Assembly: GCA_965204375.1 (NCBI GenBank)
Contig: OZ241986.1
Location: 1,568,001 to 1,632,000, forward strand
Reading direction: 5' to 3'
Length of the DNA: 64,000 bases
Source: Candidatus Latescibacterota bacterium
GTDB taxonomy: Bacteria > Latescibacterota > UBA2968
The notes beneath the pieces are model-generated. The model worked only from the letters and a program-made list of their open reading frames with translations, had not been told where the DNA came from and ran no database searches. Below are positions 28,920-38,188 of the stretch, piece by piece (the first letter of the stretch is position 1; every line of letters begins with the position of its first letter). The position numbers and the translations under genes are program-made.

Positions 28920-30113
28920 ATGGCTGATCCCATTCTACGTCGGTTGGTACTGCACCGTTTCCGTAGCCTTCAGTTGGAACAAGTAGAATTCGACAACCCG
29001 ACCTTTCTCGTCGGTCAGAATGGCTCTGGCAAGAGCAACTTCGCCGATGCCTTTGCGTTTCTCGCAGAGGCAATGGCCTTTCCGCTGCGAGCCCTTATTG
29101 AGCAACGCAGGGGATTTTCCGCGGTTTCCTATCAAGACTCCGAAGAGGACTGTCTGTCAAACCTGGGTCTGTCGGTGATGCTGGAAAATCTGGATGATAC
29201 GCCACGAGCTCGATATGGATTCGAGTTGCGCGCCCGGGCAGGCTACGGCTTTGAGGTTGTTCGTGAGCAATGCATCGTGCAGAGGTCTGATGGATCGCGT
29301 GATTGGTTTGATCGCTCCACATCGGAATGGGATAGTAGCGCGGATTTTCCGTATCGTATGGAACCTGACGCACTTGCTATGCCCTTGATCGGTGGTGATG
29401 AACGCTTTCAGGCGGTTCCGCGATTCCTCTCGGAAATGTGCGCGTATCGGATTGACCCGGCGGCCCTGCGAACAATGCAAGATTTGGACGGGGGTGTGCG
29501 ATTGCTTTCTCATGGCAGCAATGCAGCCAGTGTACTGCGCGAGATTCAACGCGAATCCCCAGATACCTGGAAGCGAATTCTTGAGCTTCTCGAAAGTATT
29601 GTCCCCGGGACCATCGGTGTCCAGCCCCAAAAGTACGGTAACAAGCTGATGCTGGAGTTCACACAGGATTGGGCGCAGCCGAGGCCCGTCAAGTTCGAAG
29701 CCTTCAATATGTCTGACGGCACGTTGCGGACGCTTGGGCTGCTCGCAGCGATCTTTCAGCATCCAGCACCCTCGCTACTCGTCATTGAAGAACCGGAAGC
29801 CACAATCCACCCTGGAGCTCTTGGCTCGATTTTGGATGTACTACGGCATGCTGGGCGTTTTATGCAGGTCGTAGTGACAACGCACAGTCCAGATGTTCTC
29901 AATGCCAAATGGATTGAGGACCGCCACTTGAGGATTGTGAACTGCGATAAAGGAGCGACGCGGATCAGTCAGGTTTCACCAGCGACACGGGAGGCCCTGA
30001 ACGAGCATCTGATGGGTGCAGGAGAGTTGCTCCGCTCAAACGCGCTGACGCCCGCCGATTTGTTCGACCATAATCCGAGTCAACTCGGGTTGTTCGAGGA
30101 TGACCTCTCATGA
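28920..30113 (+). CDS. AAA_21/AbiEii-like ABC-type ATPase
   Basis: GQNGSGKS, MSDGT, IEEPE, TTHSP. Confidence 0.85.
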   Translation: MADPILRRLVLHRFRSLQLEQVEFDNPTFLVGQNGSGKSNFADAFAFLAEAMAFPLRALIEQRRGFSAVSYQDSEEDCLSNLGLSVMLENLDDTPRARYGFELRARAGYGFEVVREQCIVQRSDGSRDWFDRSTSEWDSSADFPYRMEPDALAMPLIGGDERFQAVPRFLSEMCAYRIDPAALRTMQDLDGGVRLLSHGSNAASVLREIQRESPDTWKRILELLESIVPGTIGVQPQKYGNKLMLEFTQDWAQPRPVKFEAFNMSDGTLRTLGLLAAIFQHPAPSLLVIEEPEATIHPGALGSILDVLRHAGRFMQVVVTTHSPDVLNAKWIEDRHLRIVNCDKGATRISQVSPATREALNEHLMGAGELLRSNALTPADLFDHNPSQLGLFEDDLS

Positions 30114-30342
30114 TAATCCAGCCAATCTATATAACTGTCCACCAGCTATTTAGCCCCACAACTTCAATTGATTTTGTGGGGATTTTTTTATTTTTTAGCA
30201 GTCTATTTTCTATATTGCCGAATAACCTTATATTTGAAAAGCGTTTGGTGTGTTTGACTGAGCGTTGTATTATTGAAAATGAATATGTGAGAGATAAAAA
30301 CGAATTAACAACTGCAAGGTAGCATGGATAAGGAGGTGACCC

Positions 30343-30543
30343 GTGTCAAATGTAGAAGCTATCAAGTCAGCTATTGAAGCTCTGCCCGAATCAGATTACA
30401 TCAAGTTGAGGCAATGGTTCAATGAAAAAGACTGGGAAAAATGGGATAAACAGATTGAGGAGGACTCAAAATCGGGGAAATTGGATTTTTTAATTGCTGA
30501 CGCGCTGAAAGAGAAAGAGAAGGGAACACTCAAGGAGCTTTAA
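30343..30543 (+). CDS. Putative type II antitoxin
   Basis: 66 aa; WDKQIEED...GKLD motif; AAGGAGG RBS; TAATG overlap with the toxin. Confidence 0.7.
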   Translation: MSNVEAIKSAIEALPESDYIKLRQWFNEKDWEKWDKQIEEDSKSGKLDFLIADALKEKEKGTLKEL

Positions 30544-30797
30544 TGCATCGGACAACAACACGCTTCTGGAGATACTTTGAGAAACTTCCTGAATCAGTTC
30601 AAGAGGTCGCAAGACAAAATTTCCAGTTGCTCAAAATGAACCGAAGACATCCCTCCCTAAATTTTAAGAAGATTGGTAGGTTTTGGTCTGTTCGCACTGG
30701 TATCGCTCACAGAGCACTTGCCATAGAAGACGGTGAAGACTTCATCTGGGTTTGGATCGGTCATCATGACGAATACCAGCGGATAATCGAATCCTGA
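30543..30797 (+). CDS. RelE/ParE-like toxin
   Basis: RFW..F..LP, HPSL.FKK, WSVR, WIG.H.EY. Confidence 0.75.
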   Translation: MHRTTTRFWRYFEKLPESVQEVARQNFQLLKMNRRHPSLNFKKIGRFWSVRTGIAHRALAIEDGEDFIWVWIGHHDEYQRIIES

Positions 30798-30814
30798 CCT
30801 TTGAAAGGTAAAAC

Positions 30815-32230
30815 ATGCGCAGAGCGAAAATAGTGAGTACACTGGGTCCTGCGAGTTCGTCGGAGCGCGTGATAGAGCAACTAATTGGGGCGGGGGTGGA
30901 TGTTTTTCGGCTCAATTTTTCACACGGCACGCGGGACGAACACGCCGAGAATGTTGGGCGCATTTGGCAGATTGCGGATAACATGCAGCGCAGTGTTGCC
31001 ATTTTGCAGGATTTGCAGGGGCCAAAAATGCGAGTGGGGAAACTCGCAGAGGATCCGGTTGAGTTGGAGGAAGGCAGCAGGCTGACGGTGACGACCCGCG
31101 AAGTTCCGGGCGATGCCGAGTGTGTATCGACAACTTATGCGAGATTGCCTCGAGATGTGAAGCCCGCGGATCGCATTTTGCTCGATGACGGGCATATTGA
31201 GTTGCTGGTACGCGAGGTCTATCGTTCGGATGTCGTATGTGAAGTTGTGGTGGGTGGGCTGTTAAAATCCAATAAGGGTATCAATTTGCCCGGTGTACAG
31301 GTCAGCGCGCCTTCTCTGACGACCAAAGATCGAGAGGATCTGGATCTGGGTATCGAATTGGGCGTGGATTATATTGCCCTGTCTTTTGTGCGGGAACCCG
31401 ACGATGTGCGAGAGGTTCAACATATTATTGAACGGGCAGAGAAAGAGATCCCCGTTATTGCAAAGCTGGAACGCGCCGAAGCCGTCGATCACCTCGAAGA
31501 TATTCTCGATGTTGCCGATGGCGTGATGGTTGCGCGGGGCGATCTGGGTGTGGAATTATCACCTGAAGACGTGCCGGTGATCCAGAAGCGCGTGATTTCG
31601 GCGGCCAATCGCGCGGGGGTATTCGTGATTACGGCCACGCAGATGTTAGAGTCGATGACCGATCACCCGCGGCCCACGCGCGCCGAGGCGTCAGATGTGG
31701 CCAATGCGATTTTCGACGGCACCGATGCAGTGATGTTGTCTGGCGAGACTGCAATTGGCAAATATCCCGTTCAAACCGTGCAAATGATGGCGCGGATTAT
31801 TGAGAAGGCAGAAGCGAGTGTGGAACTGGCTCCGCCAATTTTGAATCTGGATTCATCGCTCTCTTTTCCCGATGCGATTGGGCAAGCTGCCGCTGCGGTA
31901 TCAACGGCAGTATCTCCCAAAGCCATTGTCGCATTTACCCAATCGGGATCTACAGCGCGTCTGATTTCAAAGCGCAGACCGCGCACGCCGATTATTGCAT
32001 TTACACCCAGCGCGCGGATATGTCGGCGGTTGTGCTTGTGCTGGGGCGTTGAACCCCGTCAAATTACGCTGATCGACGATACGGATCGCATGGTTGCCGA
32101 AGTTGAAGCGCGTTTGCTCTCTGAGGGCAATGTGCGTTTTGGAGATACGCTGGTGATTTTAGCTGGTGCGCCCATCACGGCGCGGGCCGAGACCAATTTG
32201 CTGAAATTGCATCGGGTTGGAGAAATATAG
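30815..32230 (+). CDS. pyk: Pyruvate kinase
   Basis: TLGPAS, RLNFSHG, DLQGPK, MVARGDLGVE, MLSGETA. Confidence 0.97.
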   Translation: MRRAKIVSTLGPASSSERVIEQLIGAGVDVFRLNFSHGTRDEHAENVGRIWQIADNMQRSVAILQDLQGPKMRVGKLAEDPVELEEGSRLTVTTREVPGDAECVSTTYARLPRDVKPADRILLDDGHIELLVREVYRSDVVCEVVVGGLLKSNKGINLPGVQVSAPSLTTKDREDLDLGIELGVDYIALSFVREPDDVREVQHIIERAEKEIPVIAKLERAEAVDHLEDILDVADGVMVARGDLGVELSPEDVPVIQKRVISAANRAGVFVITATQMLESMTDHPRPTRAEASDVANAIFDGTDAVMLSGETAIGKYPVQTVQMMARIIEKAEASVELAPPILNLDSSLSFPDAIGQAAAAVSTAVSPKAIVAFTQSGSTARLISKRRPRTPIIAFTPSARICRRLCLCWGVEPRQITLIDDTDRMVAEVEARLLSEGNVRFGDTLVILAGAPITARAETNLLKLHRVGEI

Positions 32231-32251
32231 TATTGCTCTTCTATCATATCT

Positions 32252-34042
32252 TTGATTTTTATGACTTATTGTGCCAGAATGAATTACAATGATTTCTTAA
32301 GGGTCCTCATAACGAGGGCCTATTTTATACTGGCCGCTCTGATGGTCGTTGTGCCGGCCCATGGGGAAACGCCATCTGATGACCCCATTGTGAGATGGCT
32401 ACACATTTCGGGTCATCGGGCGGTTTGGGGGGGGGAACTGAAAGTGCTGATGGTCACACGCGCTTCGCCATGGTTCGATTTTCTTCCCTGGGTCCACGCG
32501 CGTAGATACGATCCTTTGACTCTTACCTCTGATCTAGAAAAATTAAGAGCATATTACCGCGATTTGGGATATTTAGCAGTCGCGGTACATTCGACCGTTG
32601 AGCAACTTAGCGCAGATGAGATTGGGCTGGATGTACACATTACAGAGGGATCTTTGACACGGATTTCCAGGACGTCGGTCATTGGCGGTGAAGATATCGA
32701 GAATGCTTTTGAACAGCTTGAGGGCAAGCCACTATCGAGCAACATAGTGAACAAGGGCGTATCGCAGGTTGTAAGCGGGTTGCGGAATAAAGGTTATGCG
32801 TTTGCACAAGCCGAGGTCGAGACGACGATTGTGGCGCAACAGGCCGAACTCGTTCTAAAACTCACATCTGGTCCCGTATGCTCTCTAAGTACTGTTCACA
32901 TATCGGGCAACAAAGCCGTATCTGAGAACACCATTTCGCGCGGATTGACATTTCAATCGGGCGATCAATTCAGTGAAGCGGCATTGCGAAACAGCCGACG
33001 TCTGCTCTACCGTGCAGGGGTGTTCCGTTCTGTGGCTCTGGCCTTAAAGGATAGCTCTAAAAATCGAGTAGATGTGGATGTGCGCGTGTCTGAGCGCCGT
33101 TTTCAAGTGTTGCACCTGGGTGCGGGATATGATACGGATGAAGACTTGTGGGTATCGGGGGCGTGGACCCATCGCAATTTTGGTGGGGGTGCTCGCCAGC
33201 TCAAACTGTCTGGGCGGATTTCCGGGAAGAATAGGGAAACAGTGCTGGGTATGCGGCAGCCATATTTTCTCAGCAGCAACAATTGGTTGAATATCAGCGG
33301 GTTTGTGCAGCGCGAACGGCAGGCAGCGTTTACGCAGGACGAGTTGGGAGGAAATTTATCTCTTGAGCGAAATATTACAACGACAGCGGATTTAATCGCT
33401 CAGTTCAGCGGTGGTGTGGTTGATTTTTCGGCCGATAGTGCGTTTGCCGAGATGGAGGTCGGGTTGCTCATGGACACTCGCGACGATATTTTTGACCCGC
33501 AATCGGGTATGCTCGCACAGTTCACAGTGCGTGAACGCGGGCAGTTTCTCAGATCTGATGGCGAATTTTTGCAGGCAACAGCAGAGGGGCGATGGTTTCG
33601 CCGCATGCCCTTGCGAAGTGTGCTGGCACTGCGCGTGCAGGGTGGCATGATTTTTGAACTGGGCAAGGCGGGGGGTGTGCCCAATGTCGAGCGGTTTTTT
33701 GCGGGGGGACTCAATAGCGTGCGAGGATGGGGGTTGAATGAATTGGGGCCAAAAGACCACGAGGGCAATCCAACGGGCGGTTTGAGTCGCGTAGAAATGA
33801 GCATGGAGATTAGAACACAGATATTTTTTTCACTGGGTACAGCCATTTTTGTAGATGTGGGCAATGTCGATGCGAAATCGGGGGCGTTTAATCCCGGATC
33901 GCTTAAATATGCTGTGGGTGCGGGACTTCGGTATTTAAGTCCGGTTGGTCCCGTGAGATTTGATGTGGGCTACCGTCTGTCAGATGATAGCACTGTGACG
34001 AAACGAATTCAGTATCACATCAGTTTGGGACAGGCGTTTTGA
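32252..34042 (+). CDS. tamA: TamA/BamA family outer-membrane protein
   Basis: POTRA domains, FFAGG.NSVRG, GPVRFD, C-terminal GQAF; start uncertain. Confidence 0.8.
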   Translation: MIFMTYCARMNYNDFLRVLITRAYFILAALMVVVPAHGETPSDDPIVRWLHISGHRAVWGGELKVLMVTRASPWFDFLPWVHARRYDPLTLTSDLEKLRAYYRDLGYLAVAVHSTVEQLSADEIGLDVHITEGSLTRISRTSVIGGEDIENAFEQLEGKPLSSNIVNKGVSQVVSGLRNKGYAFAQAEVETTIVAQQAELVLKLTSGPVCSLSTVHISGNKAVSENTISRGLTFQSGDQFSEAALRNSRRLLYRAGVFRSVALALKDSSKNRVDVDVRVSERRFQVLHLGAGYDTDEDLWVSGAWTHRNFGGGARQLKLSGRISGKNRETVLGMRQPYFLSSNNWLNISGFVQRERQAAFTQDELGGNLSLERNITTTADLIAQFSGGVVDFSADSAFAEMEVGLLMDTRDDIFDPQSGMLAQFTVRERGQFLRSDGEFLQATAEGRWFRRMPLRSVLALRVQGGMIFELGKAGGVPNVERFFAGGLNSVRGWGLNELGPKDHEGNPTGGLSRVEMSMEIRTQIFFSLGTAIFVDVGNVDAKSGAFNPGSLKYAVGAGLRYLSPVGPVRFDVGYRLSDDSTVTKRIQYHISLGQAF

Positions 34043-34066
34043 ATCCGCAGATGGACGCAGATGGAC
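34043..34066 (+). repeat. Two copies of GCAGATGGAC directly after the tamA stop
   Basis: The 21 bp ATCCGCAGATGGACGCAGATG is identical to 41237-41257. Confidence 0.7.
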
Positions 34067-34242
34067 AGGTATAAGAAAGTCAAGTGATAAAAGTGCCAAA
34101 AACGAGAGTCGAGCGGTTAATCCTGCCGGTTATGTCTCAGGGCTTTACACAGGTATGTCATCGAGGGTCTGTGCCCTTAAATTGCTTCATTCAAGCTCCT
34201 GAGAGGCAGGCGAACACGTCACACAGATAGAGACGATTTGAG

Positions 34243-37200
34243 ATGAGTAGGCGAGCGAAATCAATAATCTGGATCTTGGTCGGCGCAGGCATTGTGCTGG
34301 GATTAGGGGCAATACTGGTCGCGGGGGGCTATACCAATGGTATTTTGCGCGGGTTGGCGCAACGCGCCCTGTCCTGGCAAGGGGATGAGGTCTGTTTGAT
34401 TGGCGAGGTTCAGGGCAATCCACTGGGGGATTGTCGCATCGTGGATGTGCAGGTTGGAGATTGGGTGCATGTAGATACGCTCGATGTAGAGTACAGTTTT
34501 TGGGGCCTGCTAACAGGGAAGGCTGTGTTTCATCGGCTGAGGTTGTCGGGGATTGAAATGCGGATTGACGCCTCTGATGAAGAGACCGAGACGTCGAGGT
34601 GGGATGTTCCGCCACCCCTGGATTTAGACATCGAGTCGCTGGAGATTGCGGATGCCAATGTCGTAGTTGATGGTACACAAGTGCGCGATATCTCGCTAAA
34701 GGGCGCTATTTTCGCGGGAGAATCTGAGTGCCGTTTGATCCTGGAGCGTTTTCGCTCGGTGCAATTCGATCCGCCGCTGGAGGTGACCAATCTATCTGGT
34801 ATTGCCATTTTGCAGGCCGGTCACTTGCAATTGAACAATGTGGCATTGCACACTCATGGCTCTCGTATTTTATTGAGCGGATTGGTGCGACAATTGGATA
34901 ATCCCGAGGTGGATCTCGTTTTGAAAGCCGATTCTCTATGGCTGGCAGATCTCAGGAATCTGGTCGATCTACCCACACGCGCTGTGCAGGTGCGTGGAAA
35001 CGTGAAAGGAGGGCTGCAATACCTTGTTACAGAATTGGTTGTAAAAGATGAAGAAGTTTTAATTGCGTTTAATGGCGTCATGGGAATTGCACCGTTTGAA
35101 GTGCGCGGAGACGCTGTTTTTGAGATCGAGACACATGATCTCATCTCGTTGGGATACACAGGACTTGATACTGATTTACCTCGTATCAGTACAAGTCTGG
35201 ATGGGATGATCACTTTCGCGGTGGATTCCTCTGGCGTAGAAAATGCCGTTGCTGAGGGTGTTTTTCGGCGCATGCAATTTGGGGATGCGCGGTTCGATTC
35301 CGTGCGTTTTTCCGTCAATTTGGCAAATGACCTGTTGCGAACGCAAGTCACTGCTAATGGGCCAAGCGGCAATATAGTGGGCAATGGGGAAGCGCGGTTG
35401 ACCACTTGGGATGGCAAATGGGAAATGCGATTCCGCGATCTATATGCTGAACATTTACCCGGTGTACCCAAAAAAGTCGGGCGCGTGACGGGGCGTATTG
35501 ATGGTGCGAGATATGTAGATCAACAGCTTTTTATCGATCATTTTGAGACACAATTGCAGAATTGGAGAACGCGCGTCAATGGGAATGGGCAGTTGCATTT
35601 TGAAGGAGAAAAATCGGCTATTGCGGGGAATGTTCAGGCGGAGGTGGCGTTGCCACATTTAACGGGTACAAACAGATGGGGTACATCGCTGACGCTTGCT
35701 GGAAATGTGGATGGCATCACAGGTGACGATTTGATGGTTGAATTGACGGGGAATATCGCGGGCAATGCCGCGGCTGATAGTTTGCATATTTCTGCATTGG
35801 TCAATTCTGAGGGACGATCTGATATTCGCGCGGATCTGTCGGGGACGGGTGGGGTGTTTTCCACTCAGGGGCATATTGATCGGCATTCCGAGGGCCAATG
35901 GCTGATGGATGTACAGGATTTAGAGGCGATAGGTGAGGTGGTGGGTGTGGATTTATCGGGGACGTTGGCCCTATCGGGCACATGGTCGGGAACGTTGGAT
36001 GCGCCTGGTTTTTCTGCACGAGGTAGCGCAGATAGCCTCGTCGTGGCAGGCATTCCGATAGAAAACCTTGCGATAGAGACGCAGTGGGCGCGGCCTGATT
36101 CGGGTGCTATTAACCTGCAAGTGGATCGTTTGATCTGGGGTGAACGTTCATTGCAGGAGGTGTTTTTCGAGGCGGTGTACGCACATGGCGAAACATCATT
36201 TTTGTTGGGTAACGGCGCACAAGTAGATGACCGCATCCTTTTTCGGGGACGCGCAGGGCAAAAAGAAGATTATTTCCAGGTGGCGATGGATTCGCTGTAC
36301 ATTAAGGTCGATCAGGTCGTGCTGCACAACGAAGGGCCTGTTAGATTTGCGTATTCGCCATCTCGGGGCGTTCACATCGGGCATCTGGTGCTTTCTGGCC
36401 CAGCGGGGCGTCTGATTGCGCGGGATCAACAGGGTTTTCAGGCGACTGTGGAAGTGTTGTTAAAAGATCTGGATTTGCGCCCCTGGGCATTTCTGGCGGG
36501 TGCTTCAGGTATGGGGGGTATTCTCAATGGTGAAGTGCTTTTTGCTGGCACATTGACCGATCCCCTTATTTTTATTCATTTCGCGCTTGCAAAGGGCAAA
36601 ATATCGGGTGTGGGATTCGATAGTGCCGCAGGAGAGATGTCCCTGGGCAATGACAGGATACACTTTGAGGTGAAAGTCGTACCCGATGGAGATGAGATGC
36701 TGGCACTGTTTGGCAGTTTTCCCATTGCAGGTACAGGTGATATGCACCTGCGCGCGCGATCTGATGGGATCGCGCTGAGAACGCGCCCGAACCTATCGGA
36801 TGAAAAAACGGAATTGGTCGGGATAAGACGATCCGAGAGATTGACATTTGGCACAGTGCCAAACGCGTTTTTAGGTGCCGCTGAGGGGATTTCAGGGATG
36901 TTATCGTTCGATCTGGAAGCGCGCGGTCGTTTTGAGCAACCGGACATTCGGGGAGTGCTCGAAATTCGAGATGGGGTATTCCGCTTGCCCGATCTGCAGC
37001 GGTCTTACACACCTGTTTCGGGACGTGCTGTGGTTGGCGACGGAAAAATTCAGATTGACAGTCTTTCGATTGGGACTTCGGCGAATCTTTCCGGTGACAT
37101 AATGCTTGAGGGTTTTTTGCCGAACAAATGGAATTTATCTGCGCAATTCCGCGATTTTGAACCGGTGGCCCGGCCCGAACTACAACTCGTGACGGATGGT

Positions 37201-38130
37201 CAATTGCAGATCACGGGAACGCTGCAGGGCATCAAAGTTGTGGGCAAATTGGCGATGAAACAGGCAGAGATTCGCCTGGCGGAATTGCTCGGAGTACCGA
37301 GCCTGGCGACGAAACAGGCGGAGATTCGCTTAACGGAATTGTTTGAAGAACCGAGCCCGGAAATGCCAGCATTTCTGAGGGATCCGGAAATACACCTGCA
37401 AGTGTCTGCTGACAGACAGGTGTGGTTGCGCGACCCGACGTTTGAGGTGGAAATTGGAGGCGATCTGGATGTGATAAAAAATCGCGAAGATTCGCGTATT
37501 TATGGCACGATGTCAAGCCGCCAGGGCAATTACATCTGGCAAAACCGCCGCTTGCGTATTACACGAGGTGAAATTCAATTTCAGGGCAGACCTGACTGGA
37601 ATCCCGATCTGGATATTCGCGCCGAGACGCGCGTGCGCGCTGTGACTGCAGTAGGCGAAAAGCCAGGACCTGTCGATATTATTGTCACAGTGGCGGGGAC
37701 ATTGACGTATCCGCAGATTTCGTTTGACATTGACAGCGATCAGCCACTTGGAGAGGATGTGGGGAATATTGTATCTCTACTGTTGACAGGCAGACCGGCT
37801 GGTCATTTTCAGTTTTCCCGCGATCATACGCTGGATCTGGTTGCGGGGGTTGTTGCAAATCGCCTGGGGCGGCACATTGGGCAAAAATTGCGTCTGGATC
37901 TGGTGGAGATCGATAGTGGCGAGGGCCGCCTTCTCCCCAGGATTAGATTGGGCAAGTATATTGGGGACAGGTTGTTTATAAGTTATGCACAGGATTTTTC
38001 GAGCACGGCTTATGAAGCGGCGATGGAGTTTGAGATCTTCCCAGAAGTGATATTGGAAGCGAGTCAGATAGAAGAGGTGAATCGACGCAGGCGAGGATCG
38101 GTAGGGTTATTCTGGAAGAAGGAGTGGTGA
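34243..38130 (+). CDS. tamB: Translocation/assembly module TamB-like protein
   Basis: 1295 aa, N-terminal anchor, beta-rich; C-terminal NP.LDI.A and GKY...LFISY; follows tamA. Confidence 0.8.
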   Translation: MSRRAKSIIWILVGAGIVLGLGAILVAGGYTNGILRGLAQRALSWQGDEVCLIGEVQGNPLGDCRIVDVQVGDWVHVDTLDVEYSFWGLLTGKAVFHRLRLSGIEMRIDASDEETETSRWDVPPPLDLDIESLEIADANVVVDGTQVRDISLKGAIFAGESECRLILERFRSVQFDPPLEVTNLSGIAILQAGHLQLNNVALHTHGSRILLSGLVRQLDNPEVDLVLKADSLWLADLRNLVDLPTRAVQVRGNVKGGLQYLVTELVVKDEEVLIAFNGVMGIAPFEVRGDAVFEIETHDLISLGYTGLDTDLPRISTSLDGMITFAVDSSGVENAVAEGVFRRMQFGDARFDSVRFSVNLANDLLRTQVTANGPSGNIVGNGEARLTTWDGKWEMRFRDLYAEHLPGVPKKVGRVTGRIDGARYVDQQLFIDHFETQLQNWRTRVNGNGQLHFEGEKSAIAGNVQAEVALPHLTGTNRWGTSLTLAGNVDGITGDDLMVELTGNIAGNAAADSLHISALVNSEGRSDIRADLSGTGGVFSTQGHIDRHSEGQWLMDVQDLEAIGEVVGVDLSGTLALSGTWSGTLDAPGFSARGSADSLVVAGIPIENLAIETQWARPDSGAINLQVDRLIWGERSLQEVFFEAVYAHGETSFLLGNGAQVDDRILFRGRAGQKEDYFQVAMDSLYIKVDQVVLHNEGPVRFAYSPSRGVHIGHLVLSGPAGRLIARDQQGFQATVEVLLKDLDLRPWAFLAGASGMGGILNGEVLFAGTLTDPLIFIHFALAKGKISGVGFDSAAGEMSLGNDRIHFEVKVVPDGDEMLALFGSFPIAGTGDMHLRARSDGIALRTRPNLSDEKTELVGIRRSERLTFGTVPNAFLGAAEGISGMLSFDLEARGRFEQPDIRGVLEIRDGVFRLPDLQRSYTPVSGRAVVGDGKIQIDSLSIGTSANLSGDIMLEGFLPNKWNLSAQFRDFEPVARPELQLVTDGQLQITGTLQGIKVVGKLAMKQAEIRLAELLGVPSLATKQAEIRLTELFEEPSPEMPAFLRDPEIHLQVSADRQVWLRDPTFEVEIGGDLDVIKNREDSRIYGTMSSRQGNYIWQNRRLRITRGEIQFQGRPDWNPDLDIRAETRVRAVTAVGEKPGPVDIIVTVAGTLTYPQISFDIDSDQPLGEDVGNIVSLLLTGRPAGHFQFSRDHTLDLVAGVVANRLGRHIGQKLRLDLVEIDSGEGRLLPRIRLGKYIGDRLFISYAQDFSSTAYEAAMEFEIFPEVILEASQIEEVNRRRRGSVGLFWKKEW

Positions 38131-38144
38131 TGAAAAGGAAAAAT

Positions 38145-38188
38145 AAAAGGAACTGCCTCCAGATATTTTTTGGACGGCAGTTTTTCTT
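38145..38188. terminator. Bidirectional terminator
   Basis: AACTGCC-TCCA...TGGA-C-GGCAGTT flanked by A and T runs, between convergent genes. Confidence 0.55.

Noticed and set aside
30110-30322. 70-aa ORF as a real gene
   Set aside because: Beyond the first six codons it is AT-rich and crosses a terminator-like hairpin.
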